64,000 nt of DNA from contig JBEKGS010000001.1 in the NCBI GenBank assembly GCA_050012675.1, positions 733-64,732 of the forward strand, written 5' to 3'. Numbering within the stretch: position 1 is the stretch's first letter; each line of letters opens with the position of its first letter. Shown here piece after piece: positions 33,391-43,397 of the stretch. Made by a program: the position numbers and the translations under genes. The notes under the pieces were generated by a model. The model was not told the DNA's origin. It did no database searches and saw nothing but the letters and a program-made list of their open reading frames with translations. Source of the stretch: Acidimicrobiales bacterium (lineage in GTDB: Bacteria > Actinomycetota > Acidimicrobiia > Acidimicrobiales > Bog-793).

Positions 33391-34962
33391 TCAATGCGCG
33401 CTTGCCTGCTTGGCGAGGTAGTCCTCGCTCACGAGGGTCGCCGAGTCCCGGTTGAGAGTCTCGCCCCGGAAGAATGCTGGCCGGAAGGCCTGCATCAAGA
33501 GCATGAGGATGATGCCGAGCAGGAGCATCCCGACGTCGAGGATGAAGACTCCGCCGACCTGACGGCCGAAGATGCCCCAATGCGTGTAGCTGTTGGCAGG
33601 CTGCCAGTAGTACCAGAAGGACCAGCCGAGGATGAAGAAGAGTATGACGCCGCCGAGGGTAGGGAAGACACCTTGCATGAACAAATTGCGGATGCTGCTC
33701 GTGAGGCTCTTGCGGTAGTACCACGTGCAGGAGAACCCGGTGAGCCCGTAGTAGAAGGCGATCATCACCCCGAGCGAGTCGACCGAATCCTTGATGACCT
33801 GCCCTTTCGAGAGGTAGTTCATGACGACGTAGAGCGCGATGGACACCACTCCCATGACCACCGTCGAGACGGTGGGTGTGAGATGGCGCTTGTGGATCCT
33901 CTCGAAGGATCGGGGGATCGACCTGTAGACGGCCATCGAGAGCGTGGTGCGCGCCGTCGGGAGGATGGTTGTCTGGGTCGAGGCTGCCGCGGACGAGAGC
34001 ACCATCAACAACAAGAGATGGTCCAGGATCGATGCCAGGGTCGAATGCCCGAAGATGGCCGGGCCGAGTATCGACAGCACGTCGCCGACGTTGTTGGGGT
34101 TCCCGAGCCCGATGCCGCTCGACCCGATCCCGGCGAAGGACTGCACGCCGAGGATGACGAGCGCGTAGATGCCGAGCAGGACGAATGTCGACAAGACGGC
34201 CGCTTTCCCGGGCACCGTCTCGGCATTGGCGGTCTCCTCGTTGCAAGCAACGGCCGTGTCCCATCCCCAGTAGATGAAGAGCATGTCCGCGAGGCCGACG
34301 ATGAAGTCGCTGAAGTGCTTTACGGCAAAGGGGTTGAACCAGGAGCCGGTCGGAACGAGGTGCCCGACCGGAGCACTGCCGTTGCCGACCCTGACGAGCG
34401 CCCAGACCGACAGTACCGTCAGCATCGTGAGCTCGATACCGAGCAGGGCTTTTTGGAAGTTGGCGGAGATCTCGATGCCCACGTAGCAGATCCAAGTCAT
34501 CGCGACGATCCACAGCACTCCGACCAACAGGACCCAGCCGCTCGTCGCGTTGTTGCCGATGTCCTTTGCGTTGAACAGCTCGAACACGTACTGGCCGGCG
34601 ATCTGGGCGAGGCTCGCCATCACGAGGATGTCGGATGCGATGATGCCCCAACCGCCCATCCAGCCCACTCTCGGAGTGAAGGCCCTCGTCGCCCACGTGA
34701 AGGTTGTCCCGCAGTCCGGGTCCGCCTTGTTCATCTCCTGATAGCCGACGGAGATGAAGTACATCGGGACGAACGCGAGGACCGTGACGATCGGCGCCTG
34801 AAGCCCGATCGCGACGACCACGAAGCCGAGCGTGGCGGCCAGGCTGTATGCAGGTGCAGTCGAGGCAACGCCGATGACGACACTCGAGATGAGGCCGAGT
34901 GCGCCGCTCTTGAGTCCCTTGGTGGGCGCCTGACCTGCAGGCTCTACGACGATCGAAGCCAC
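33391..34962 (-). CDS. APC family amino acid/polyamine permease
   Basis: The GTG at 34962 has a GGGGGAG SD. The product has 12 or more transmembrane segments, and blocks such as SVVIGVASTAPAYSLA and FIYWGWD match APC permeases. Confidence 0.9.
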   Translation of the reverse strand: MASIVVEPAGQAPTKGLKSGALGLISSVVIGVASTAPAYSLAATLGFVVVAIGLQAPIVTVLAFVPMYFISVGYQEMNKADPDCGTTFTWATRAFTPRVGWMGGWGIIASDILVMASLAQIAGQYVFELFNAKDIGNNATSGWVLLVGVLWIVAMTWICYVGIEISANFQKALLGIELTMLTVLSVWALVRVGNGSAPVGHLVPTGSWFNPFAVKHFSDFIVGLADMLFIYWGWDTAVACNEETANAETVPGKAAVLSTFVLLGIYALVILGVQSFAGIGSSGIGLGNPNNVGDVLSILGPAIFGHSTLASILDHLLLLMVLSSAAASTQTTILPTARTTLSMAVYRSIPRSFERIHKRHLTPTVSTVVMGVVSIALYVVMNYLSKGQVIKDSVDSLGVMIAFYYGLTGFSCTWYYRKSLTSSIRNLFMQGVFPTLGGVILFFILGWSFWYYWQPANSYTHWGIFGRQVGGVFILDVGMLLLGIILMLLMQAFRPAFFRGETLNRDSATLVSEDYLAKQASAH

Positions 34963-35242
34963 TTCGCTCCCCCCCTGCGACGTGCGACGGCGTCTTTCGT
35001 GCGAGGTGAGTGTCCTCACTCACCTCGCAGTCCGAATGTCGATTCCGGACACGCTAGCGCCCCCGCTCCCAGCGAGCGCACGCGGCGCTGCAACCGCGTT
35101 GGGCTCGTGCCACTGTGGCGTGTGCGCGTGCCGGGGCGGGGAGATCGCGGTAGTCGCGCGGATGTTCCGGCCGGAATGCCGGGCAGGCAACGCTTGTTCA
35201 CCAATTCGGTCAGCAAGTCCCCAGCGATACGAAAGAGGCGCG

Positions 35243-36250
35243 ATGCCGGCAGTGACAGTTGAGAACGTCCTGACGTTGCCGCGTATCCCCGCGCCCGATC
35301 CGGTCGCGGCACGCGAACGCCCCGTGAAGTCTGTGACGACCGCGCCCTCCGGGCTCGAGGGAGAGGGGTTCCCGGTTCGTCGCGCGTTCGCCGGTGTGAG
35401 CCTCACCGATCTTGACCCTTTCGTCCACATGGACCAGATGGGGGAGGTCGACTACGCCCCGGGGGAGCCCAAGGGGACACCCTGGCACCCTCACCGGGGT
35501 TTCGAGACTGTCACTTACATCATCGACGGCACCTTCGTCCATCAGGACTCGAACGGTGGCGGGGGCCGGATCACCAACGGCGACACTCAGTGGATGACCG
35601 CGGGCGCCGGGATACTCCACATCGAGGCGCCGCCTGAGGAGCTCGTGCTGAGCGGCGGCCTCTTCCACGGGATCCAGCTGTGGGTGAACCTTCCCCGCGC
35701 CAACAAGTGGAACCCTCCCCGCTACCAGGACATCCGTGGGCGCGAGTCGACGCTGCTCACCACGAGCGACGGCGGCGCGCTGCTGCGGCTGATCGCCGGC
35801 GACCTCGGCGGTCACAGTGGCCCCGGCTCAACATTCACACCGATAACGATGGTGCACGCCACGATCAGCCCGGGCGCCCGCGTGCAGCTACCCTGGCGGG
35901 CCGACTTCAACGCCCTCGCCTACGTGCTGGCGGGCAGAGGAAGCGCCGGTGGCGAGCGCCGCCCTGTCCGCACGGGACAGCTCGTCGTATTCGGACCCGG
36001 CGACGCCCTGACCTTGACGGCGGAGCGGGCTCAGGACGGCGGGTCGAATTTCGAAGTGCTGCTGCTCGGCGGCCAGCCCATCGGCGAGCCTGTGGTGCAC
36101 TACGGGCCTTTTGTGATGAACACCAAAGCCGAGATCGTCCAGGCGATGGAGGATTACCAGGCCGGGCGTCTCGGTACGGTGCCCGCTCAGGTCCTGCCTC
36201 ACCGCCACGCCGGCGATGTCGAGCTGTCGACACCCGCCGACAAGCCATAG
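35243..36250 (+). CDS. pirin family protein
   Basis: The ATG at 35243 has an AAGAGG SD. The cupin metal site is HPHRGFETVTY, with QWMTAGAGILHIE and GPFVMNT also present. Confidence 0.9.
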   Translation: MPAVTVENVLTLPRIPAPDPVAARERPVKSVTTAPSGLEGEGFPVRRAFAGVSLTDLDPFVHMDQMGEVDYAPGEPKGTPWHPHRGFETVTYIIDGTFVHQDSNGGGGRITNGDTQWMTAGAGILHIEAPPEELVLSGGLFHGIQLWVNLPRANKWNPPRYQDIRGRESTLLTTSDGGALLRLIAGDLGGHSGPGSTFTPITMVHATISPGARVQLPWRADFNALAYVLAGRGSAGGERRPVRTGQLVVFGPGDALTLTAERAQDGGSNFEVLLLGGQPIGEPVVHYGPFVMNTKAEIVQAMEDYQAGRLGTVPAQVLPHRHAGDVELSTPADKP

Positions 36251-36325
36251 GTCTGCGACAGGGCCTTCCCGCCTTCCACCCCGCGGCTTTGGTGGCAGGC
36301 TGTGGCGGCCGACCTCCTCACCGGC

Positions 36326-37354
36326 TCATGAGCCACCAATCGCCAGCGGCTCGAGGCGGTCGGTGGTGGTCGCCCGCTCGAGTGCGGGAACCTCAACGCC
36401 CGTCGGGGTGCCGTTCGCGCGCAGCGTCCCCATCGTGGTGATCGTGGTCACGAGCAGCGCCAGGCCTATCCACTGAGATGGCGACAGCGTCTCGCCGAAG
36501 AACAGATAGTCGAGTATGAGCGCCGTGAAGGGGAAGGCCAGCTCGCCGAGGGTGGCCGCGGCGGCCGGCGTGGCGCGCAGGCCCCGGTAGTAGACGAGCA
36601 GGCTCAACAGGCCTGGGACGAGCGCGAGCAGGATCAGGGCGAGCAAGGCCTTGGCGCTCATGTGCGTGTAGGCGGACCCGTCCCCGGTCACTGCGAGCGC
36701 TACCAGTGCGGCTATGAGCCCTGTCGCGAGGCGCAAGGCCGTCAGCTCGCTGAAGGGGAGCTTGGCGCCTAGGTGCCGCCCGAGCACGGTACCGAACCCC
36801 CAGAGCGCGGCCGCGGAGACCGCCAGCAAAGCGGGCGCCCAACCGTCGATGCCTCCCAGCGAGAGCGGGTGGGCAAAAGCGACGAGGTACGAGCCCGCCA
36901 GCCCGCCCAGAAGGTACAGGCCGTAGCGGCGTTGCAGGCGTTCGCCGAGCAGCACGCGAGCGCCGGCAACGGCGAAGAGGGGTTGGAGCTGTTGCAGGAG
37001 CACAGGCGTGTTCGGCCGGCCGTAGGTGAACGCGAACGTGAACAGCAGTGTGGCCAGGGCGGAGGATCCGCAACCGAGCACGACGAGGGCGAGCCAGTCG
37101 CGGAGGTCGAACACCGCCAGGGCCCTGCGTATCCCCCGCCAGACAAAGGGGGCGAGAAGGATCGTCGGTAGCGCCTGTTCGACAGCCACGATCGCTGGCG
37201 CCGGCATGCGCAGGGCAAGGCCTTGGCGCAGCACAGGATCGGTCCCCCACATTGCCGCCCCCATAGCCACCAGGGCGAAGCTTCCGCCGGTCGTGCGCCG
37301 CCAGAGGCTCTCGCGTGTCACGGTCGGATTCGTGAGGACGTCTCGGCTGCTCAC
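36326..37354 (-). CDS. EamA/DMT family transporter
   Basis: The product has ten hydrophobic helices and two EamA-like halves. The start is uncertain: GTG at 37354 or 37321. Confidence 0.75.
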   Translation of the reverse strand: MSSRDVLTNPTVTRESLWRRTTGGSFALVAMGAAMWGTDPVLRQGLALRMPAPAIVAVEQALPTILLAPFVWRGIRRALAVFDLRDWLALVVLGCGSSALATLLFTFAFTYGRPNTPVLLQQLQPLFAVAGARVLLGERLQRRYGLYLLGGLAGSYLVAFAHPLSLGGIDGWAPALLAVSAAALWGFGTVLGRHLGAKLPFSELTALRLATGLIAALVALAVTGDGSAYTHMSAKALLALILLALVPGLLSLLVYYRGLRATPAAAATLGELAFPFTALILDYLFFGETLSPSQWIGLALLVTTITTMGTLRANGTPTGVEVPALERATTTDRLEPLAIGGS

Positions 37355-37451
37355 TCGATCAGTCTCGCATCCGGCCGGGCGCCAGGGCACAGGTCGCTTC
37401 GGAAAAGGGCATGGCTGGCTTGGTCCTTGGCGGTACTCAAACCGGCCGGTG

Positions 37452-38183
37452 TCAGGGGCGGACCCAGGGACTGTCCGACCTCCCGAGGATGCGGGTCGTC
37501 GCCGCGACACTCACTATTAGCACGAGGGCGATCACCAGAGGAAAGACGTTGTGGCCGTGAATGACCAGTGCCGCGCCGAGGAGGCCGCCCACCATCATTG
37601 CGGTCACGGCGACCAACCGGCGTCCGGACACCGATCCCTTCCCTCCGGCGAGCGCGCTGTCCGCGGCGGTGCCGGTGATGGTCAAGGTCAGCACGGTCGT
37701 GGTCATGTCGGGCACGGCGAGTCTTCGAGCCGTCGCGTTCTGGACCCCCATGGCTGTCCCGAGAACGACGATCAAGGCGTAGCGGAACTCGTGGCCGATC
37801 GCCTCTCCTGCCACAGCGGCGAGGACCACCGAAGCCGCCAGGAAGACCGCCTGCATCAAGGCGGCCGCGGCCAGCAAACGGGCCCGGTGCTCTCCAAGTC
37901 GCGAGCCGACCTTGCCTCCGACGAGGGCGCCGGAGAAGAACGACGCCAGGGCAACCAGCGATGCCGCAATGGAGAAGCCAGGCGCTCCGGCGAGCGCAAA
38001 GCCGAGGAACACGACGTTGCCGGTCATGTTGGCGACGAAGACGTGCCCGAGAGCCAGGTAGCTGAAGGCATCCACCAACCCGGTGAGAATTGTCATGGTG
38101 ACGAGCAGCGGGGGCAGTGGGCCATGTCTGGTTCCGCGTGCTGGTACGAGCGTCTCGCGCACCTCCGCGAGAAAGACGCTCAC
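37452..38183 (-). CDS. YoaK/DUF1275 family membrane protein
   Basis: Blocks TGLVDAFSYLALGHVFVANMTGNVVFLG and GVQNATARRL are present. The GTG at 38183 forms a GTGA overlap with the upstream small ORF. Confidence 0.8.
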   Translation of the reverse strand: MSVFLAEVRETLVPARGTRHGPLPPLLVTMTILTGLVDAFSYLALGHVFVANMTGNVVFLGFALAGAPGFSIAASLVALASFFSGALVGGKVGSRLGEHRARLLAAAALMQAVFLAASVVLAAVAGEAIGHEFRYALIVVLGTAMGVQNATARRLAVPDMTTTVLTLTITGTAADSALAGGKGSVSGRRLVAVTAMMVGGLLGAALVIHGHNVFPLVIALVLIVSVAATTRILGRSDSPWVRP

Positions 38184-38359
38184 CCTGTCGCACCGTCGGC
38201 ATAGACGACGATCAAGACCTCGTCTCCGTTGTTGTCGACGGCGCGGTGCCACCAAGAGCTGACGCCCACGTTCGACAGCAGTTCGATATGGGCAGTCTGG
38301 GCGGCCTTGAGCGCCACGCCTCGGCGAAGCACCCAGCTCTGATCGACCGGCGGCGTCAT
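38180..38359 (-). CDS. small hypothetical protein (59 codons as drawn; probably longer, see finding)
   Basis: This ORF is just below the track length cutoff. The product is MTPPVDQSWVLRRGVALKAAQTAHIELLSNVGVSSWWHRAVDNNGDEVLIVVYADGATG, with high third-position GC. Its stop overlaps the DUF1275 start. Confidence 0.35.
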   Translation of the reverse strand: MTPPVDQSWVLRRGVALKAAQTAHIELLSNVGVSSWWHRAVDNNGDEVLIVVYADGATG

Positions 38360-38506
38360 CTCGGACCTGACCGCAAGCCGTTCGAGTCGGGTCTCGTTGC
38401 TATCGGTATTCCATTCGCCCCATGCCGAAGACGGCGATGGTGGGTGGTCCTCCCCTGTTTGCGCGTGGCGCTGTTCCCCATGACTCCTCTTCCTTTGGGC
38501 TTCGCT

Positions 38507-39475
38507 TCAGCCGCCTTCAGGTGAGGGGCTCGTGACAGTCACCGCGCTGCTCGTGACGTTGTCGATGTTGGCGAGGGCCTCCTCGTCGAGCTGCAGATCG
38601 ACGGCGCGAACGGCGTCGTCGACGTGGGCGGGGTCACGGGTCCCCACGATCGCGACGTCGATCCCCGGGCGCGCAAGGGTCCAAGCCACCGCCAGCCGGC
38701 TCACCGACGTGCCGAACTCCTGTTGGGCGAAGGTCTCGAGCTTGGCGACTACCTCGAGATTGCGCCGGAAGGTCGCGCCGCGGAACGAAGGGCTGGCGTG
38801 ACGCCAGTCGTCCGCCGCGAAGGTGGTCGAATGGCTGAGGTTACTTGTGAGCAGGCCGTGCGCGAGGGGACCGTACACGAGGACGCCGATCCCGTTGACC
38901 TCTGTATAGGGGAGGATCTCATTTTCGATCTCGCGCTGGAACAGGCTGTAGGGCGACTGCAGGCTTTCGACGGGCAGTACGGAGCTGAACCTGTTCATCT
39001 GGCCGATATCGAAGTTCGACACGCCGACATGTCTGATCTTGCCCTCGGCCACGAGCGCGGCGAGAGTGGCGGCGGTTTCTTCGAAGGAGCACCGGGGGTC
39101 GGGCCAGTGAACCTGGTAGAGATCGATGCACTCTGCGCCGAGCGCCCGCAGGCTCGCCTCGACTCCCTGGCGGATCCACTCAGGGCTCGAGTCGCGTGTC
39201 ACGCCACCTTCAACCGGGCGGACGCCCCCTTTCGTGGCGATGACCAGGCTCTCACGGCTGTGACCGCGGAGTGCTCGGGCGAGCAGCCGTTCCGAGTCAC
39301 CGAATCCGTAAGCCTGGGCGGTGTCGAACAGGGTTACGCCCTGGTCGAGGGCACGCCTGATGGCGGCCACGGCCTCGACCTCATCTGTCGTCCCCCATGC
39401 GCCTCCGAGCTCCCAGGTGCCGAAGGCAACTCGAGAAACCCTCAGGTCAGTGCAGCCGAGCATCGTGTACTGCAT
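38507..39475 (-). CDS. aldo/keto reductase
   Basis: Blocks FGTWELGGAWG, FDTAQAYGFGDSE, DLYQVHWPD and GVSNF are present. GGGAGGG precedes the ATG. Confidence 0.9.
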   Translation of the reverse strand: MQYTMLGCTDLRVSRVAFGTWELGGAWGTTDEVEAVAAIRRALDQGVTLFDTAQAYGFGDSERLLARALRGHSRESLVIATKGGVRPVEGGVTRDSSPEWIRQGVEASLRALGAECIDLYQVHWPDPRCSFEETAATLAALVAEGKIRHVGVSNFDIGQMNRFSSVLPVESLQSPYSLFQREIENEILPYTEVNGIGVLVYGPLAHGLLTSNLSHSTTFAADDWRHASPSFRGATFRRNLEVVAKLETFAQQEFGTSVSRLAVAWTLARPGIDVAIVGTRDPAHVDDAVRAVDLQLDEEALANIDNVTSSAVTVTSPSPEGG

Positions 39476-39821
39476 GGTCCCTCCCGGTGTTCTCTAGCTC
39501 TCCTTGTCCTCTGTGGGAACACGACGTCAGGATGTCAGTCCCCCGACGACGGCGACCATGACATGGCAATGATCTGGCCAGACTAGCGAGATCGACTAGA
39601 GACCCGTTTCGCCGGAGATGCGTTGCATGGAGGTCTCACTATCGGGACCTATCCGGAGCGACCGTGTGGCTGAGACTGCCGGCTTTGCCTCTAGAAGCGG
39701 TGTGGCCCGACCAGTCACGGGGACCATCGCCACCTTCGTTTCGAGGTGCACTTGTTCCAAAGCCGCCTTGAGGATCTCTGCGAACCGGGGCGGGCCGCCA
39801 CCTGCCCGGCAATATGTGCCC

Positions 39822-39857
39822 GGAAAGAAGAAGAAGAGTGCCGATTCAGGTCGGCAC
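39822..39857 (-). terminator. rho-independent terminator downstream of the hemerythrin-like gene
   Basis: On the minus strand, GTGCCGA-CCTGAA-TCGGCAC (7-bp perfect stem) is followed by TCTTCTTCTTCTTTCC. It lies about 130 nt after the stop at 39991. Confidence 0.6.
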
Positions 39858-39990
39858 GTACCTTGCCATTGAGGCGTCCAGTGGCAGGAAATGGGAGCGT
39901 CCTCTTGAGATGACTTCTCCTCCTGAGTGCTCTTCGATGATCCCGTCACCGTCTTCCAACGCCTCGGCGGCGGGCCGGCGCGGTGGAGCG

Positions 39991-40542
39991 TTAGGCCGAT
40001 CTCTTCATGGCGTCGCGCATGCGGTCCATCACCGCCGCCACAGGGCCGAGCACGACATTGCCCGGCGGCGTGTCTGGGGCGTGGGGGTGGGGGTGAGACG
40101 GGGCGGAGGCAAGAGCTTTCCGGTAGCGCATCCCGAGCTCCTGGAGATCCTTTGCTTTGGTGTGGGCTTCCAGTGAAGGCAGAATTTCGCGCTCTTCATG
40201 CTGTGCGTGCCCGAGGACATCCCTCTTCAGCTGCAGGATCCCCGCCCGGAGGGCAACCGGCTCGTGCTCGAGTTTGTCGAGGCGGGCGAGCGCCCTTTCT
40301 GCCTCGGACTGCTCGGCAATGCAGGCGTCCGCCACGGCGTCGCCGCCAGGTACATTGCGCCTAAACGAGGGATAGACGACGAGCTCCTCGGCCACCTCGT
40401 GACGCACGAGCTCTTCGCGCAGTTGGCAAAAGTACTCCACGAGACTGTCGTCGTCTGTGACGTCCAGCCTCGAGAACATCGTCTCGACCTTGTTGTGGTC
40501 GGCCCTTACCAGAGTGACTACGTCTTGGGTCTCAAGTGGCAC
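39991..40542 (-). CDS. hemerythrin-like domain protein
   Basis: The pattern ADHNKVETMF...HEVAEELVVYP...HAQHEEREILP is the His/Glu pattern of hemerythrin cation-binding domains. Confidence 0.85.
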   Translation of the reverse strand: MPLETQDVVTLVRADHNKVETMFSRLDVTDDDSLVEYFCQLREELVRHEVAEELVVYPSFRRNVPGGDAVADACIAEQSEAERALARLDKLEHEPVALRAGILQLKRDVLGHAQHEEREILPSLEAHTKAKDLQELGMRYRKALASAPSHPHPHAPDTPPGNVVLGPVAAVMDRMRDAMKRSA

Positions 40543-40633
40543 CGTTCAAACCTCCGTGTGCTTGTTGCCGTCACGATCGGTACCCGCGGCTGGCACCCGT
40601 AAACCGATGAGCTCTCAGTCAAGGGCCTTCTCT

Positions 40634-41182
40634 TCAGCGTTGTGGCACGTGGCGTCCGATCAGAGGAAGGACGAACCAGAGCCAAACGAAGGTGAGAGCG
40701 GTCAGGCCGGCGATGAGGGGCACCGCGAGACCGTTCTCGACGTAGCTCACCGAGAGGAGCACCGAGCCTGTGATTGCGAGGGCGACCGTGGCGAGGCCGG
40801 CGATTGCCATCAGGTTAGAGATGCGGATCAGCAGGCTCTTGCGGTGACGGCGGAACACGAGACGGTGGTAGGCGACGGGTCCTGAGAACAATGCCGTGGC
40901 GAGCGCTGCCAGGAGCAGGTTCGCGACATACAGATCGCGTTGGAAAGCGCTCAACTTCGCGAAGCGCACGGAGAAGAAGGGAAGCGAGAGGAGGAAGCCG
41001 AACAGCACTTGAACGCCGAGTGCTCCCACGCGGAGCTCTTGAAGCAGCTCGAGCAGGTTGCGGTCATCCCGCTCCTCCTCGGTCTCGTGGCGTCCTCGGT
41101 TGTTGTCCGACGGTTTGGCGTCTGCGCCGCCCGGGAACTTGCCGAAATCCTCGAAGGACCGCTCTTCGACCTGTCCGCGCAC
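40634..41182 (-). CDS. DUF6328 family membrane protein
   Basis: Blocks RNLLELLQELRVGALGVQVLFGFLLSLPF are followed by transmembrane helices. The GTG at 41182 is preferred because GGGGAGAG lies 6 nt upstream. The track start is TTG at 41215. Confidence 0.7.
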   Translation of the reverse strand: MRGQVEERSFEDFGKFPGGADAKPSDNNRGRHETEEERDDRNLLELLQELRVGALGVQVLFGFLLSLPFFSVRFAKLSAFQRDLYVANLLLAALATALFSGPVAYHRLVFRRHRKSLLIRISNLMAIAGLATVALAITGSVLLSVSYVENGLAVPLIAGLTALTFVWLWFVLPLIGRHVPQR

Positions 41183-41359
41183 CGACGTCTCTCCCCGGTC
41201 GACCACTTCTGCCAAGCAGCCCGGATCTGTTGGCAGTTACTTACCCTGCGCCTCAGGGCCGAAACCTGAAACGGCAAGGCCGTACACGCAGGTGTGTCAG
41301 CTTGCCGGTCGCGCCTCGGCGGTTTGTCTGTGTCCCGAACGGGCGCTTGTGCGGACTTT

Positions 41360-42085
41360 TCAGCGCAGGCTGTAGCCGCCGTCCATGACGAGCTCGGTCC
41401 CGCAGCAGTAGCTCGAGTCGGTGCTGAGCAGGAATGCCACCGCCCGGGCCACCTCCACGGGCTCGGCGAAGCGGCCGACTACGATCCCCGCCTTCCACTG
41501 TTCGAACTGGTGGGATTTCAAGCTGAGCAACGGCGTGTCGACGTAGCCGGGGGAGATTGTGTTCAGCCGGACGCCGCGCGGGCCCCACTCCACTGCGAGG
41601 GACTTCGTGAGGGCGGTGACCGCAGCCTTGGAGGCGTTATAGGCGCACTGGTGCTGGGGGTAGTTCACTATGCAGTTCCCCGACATCGAGGCGACGTTCA
41701 CGATGCTGCCTCCGCCGCTTTCGAGCAGTCGGCGACCGAAGGCTCTACAGCTCAAGAAGACGCCGCGGAGGTTCACTGCCAGCACGGCGTCGAACTGCTC
41801 GATCGACATCTGCTCGGCCGGCACGTCGTTCTCCACGATGCCGGCACAACAGACGAGATCGACCGGCCCGGAGGCGAGCTCGTAGCAGGACGCCACCGCC
41901 TCGTCGACGCTGGCGGGCACGGTGACGTCGACCGGAACCGAGCGCACGCCCGCGGGAGGCGCGGGGTCGGTCACGATGTCGAGACCGAAGACATCGAGCC
42001 CAAGTTCCGCTAGGTGGCCGCTCAAGACGCGGCCGATACCCCCGCTGGCTCCTGTTACCGCCACGTGTCCGTTGAGGAAGTCCAT
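41360..42085 (-). CDS. short-chain dehydrogenase/reductase (SDR)
   Basis: The ATG at 42085 lies within track ORF 41360..42622. Motifs include TGASGGIG, NVAS and YNASK. Confidence 0.9.
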   Translation of the reverse strand: MDFLNGHVAVTGASGGIGRVLSGHLAELGLDVFGLDIVTDPAPPAGVRSVPVDVTVPASVDEAVASCYELASGPVDLVCCAGIVENDVPAEQMSIEQFDAVLAVNLRGVFLSCRAFGRRLLESGGGSIVNVASMSGNCIVNYPQHQCAYNASKAAVTALTKSLAVEWGPRGVRLNTISPGYVDTPLLSLKSHQFEQWKAGIVVGRFAEPVEVARAVAFLLSTDSSYCCGTELVMDGGYSLR

Positions 42086-42295
42086 TTGTGCTTCTTTCAC
42101 TTGTCGTTCGCGAACGGTAAAGGCCGGGCACGGCCGATGAGTGCTGGTCGAATGCCGTGGCACTCCGGTCGAGAAGCTATCGTCGCAAGGCCACCACGTC
42201 CAAAGGCTGACGCGCCTCTCCGTAGTTGACCTTTCCATGTTGCGCGTACCGCGACCGCCCGCCGTAGGCTCAGACGAGTCAGTCAGGAGGAGACC

Positions 42296-43132
42296 GTGCC
42301 CGGTGTCAAGGTGGTGACTGACAACGTGAGTGACATCCCGAGCGACCTCCTCGCGGAATACGACATCGACGTCGTGCCGCTCGAGGTCCGACTCGGCCCC
42401 GACGCAGAGGCGATCAGCGGGATGACCCCGGAGGAGTTCTGGCGCCGCGTACGCGCCACCGGAGCCATGGCCGAAACGTCCGCGCCCGCGCCCGGCGCTT
42501 TCGCGCAAGCCTTTCGACGCGCCCGCAAAGACGGATTCGACGCCGTCTGCTGCGTGACGTTCTCCTCTGAGCTCTCCTCGACTTATCAGGCTGCGTGCCT
42601 CGGGGCGAAGGAAGTTGAACAAGACATCGCAGTACGAGTGATCGATTCGCGGTGGGGCACGATGGCCGAGGGCCTATTGGTGCTGAACGCAGCGGAGAAA
42701 GCCCGTGGGACACTCGAGCTCGACGTGCTCTGTGAGGCGGTGCTCGGGCAGATTGCGACCATTCAGGCCTTCGGGACCCTGGACACCCTCGAGTACCTTC
42801 GCCGAGGCGGCCGCATAGGCTCGGCTCGAGCCTTTTTCGGGTCGCTTCTTTCGGTCAAACCTGTCATCGCCATGCGGGACGGCGTGATCGAAGGCGAGTC
42901 TCGCCAACGCACGCGCTCGTCGTCTCTGCGTTACCTCGCGGACAAGGTGGCCGCCGCGCTCCCCATCGACAGGCTCGCCGTCGTCCACGCCGACGCAGCA
43001 GACCTCGAGGCGTTCCTCGCCATGCTGGCGCCCGTGTTCCCGCCGGAGAAGACCATCAAGGCGTACATCGGTCCGGTCATAGGCACGCATCTCGGGCCGG
43101 GCACGGTGGCGGTGTGCTTCCAGCGGCTGTGA
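42296..43132 (+). CDS. DegV family fatty-acid-binding protein
   Basis: The GTG start has a GGAGGAG SD. Blocks VKVVTDNVSDIP, TSAPAPGAF and GPVIGTHLGPGTVAV are present. Confidence 0.9.
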   Translation: MPGVKVVTDNVSDIPSDLLAEYDIDVVPLEVRLGPDAEAISGMTPEEFWRRVRATGAMAETSAPAPGAFAQAFRRARKDGFDAVCCVTFSSELSSTYQAACLGAKEVEQDIAVRVIDSRWGTMAEGLLVLNAAEKARGTLELDVLCEAVLGQIATIQAFGTLDTLEYLRRGGRIGSARAFFGSLLSVKPVIAMRDGVIEGESRQRTRSSSLRYLADKVAAALPIDRLAVVHADAADLEAFLAMLAPVFPPEKTIKAYIGPVIGTHLGPGTVAVCFQRL

Positions 43133-43397
43133 GCCTTCGAGGACGCCCTAGCGCCTCGGCTGCGCCAGTGCAGCCGCCGACTGATTCGTCCCTGGGAATC
43201 GCGCTCTTGATGCGGGTAGGCTCGTGGCACGTCGTTACATCCGCAGTGCCCCCTTCGTCGAGTCGTGGATCTGCCTTCTTTCGGACCGGGTGAGCAGGTG
43301 GCCGGTGCGGCCACCGTCGCAGCGCAGAGGGCAAGGCTCTGCGAGCCGTCCCGCTATCGGCCCGGTGCCGGACGGGCGGCTTCGGGGGCGTAGAGCG

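Noticed and set aside
33239-35262. Very long overlapping ORFs: 594 aa on the minus strand (33239-35023) and 639 aa on the plus strand (33343-35262).
   Set aside because: They shadow the APC permease gene (33391-34962). Their products are Arg/Pro/Gly/Asp-rich with no hydrophobic helices or motifs. Long stop-free off-frame and antisense ORFs are expected at this GC content.
39700-39760. CCGTGACTGGTCG on the minus strand, which is reminiscent of the ZTP (pfl) riboswitch core CGUGACUGGCG.
   Set aside because: The downstream CCGCCUGGGC pseudoknot partner is absent, and the downstream gene (an aldo/keto reductase) is not a purine or folate gene.
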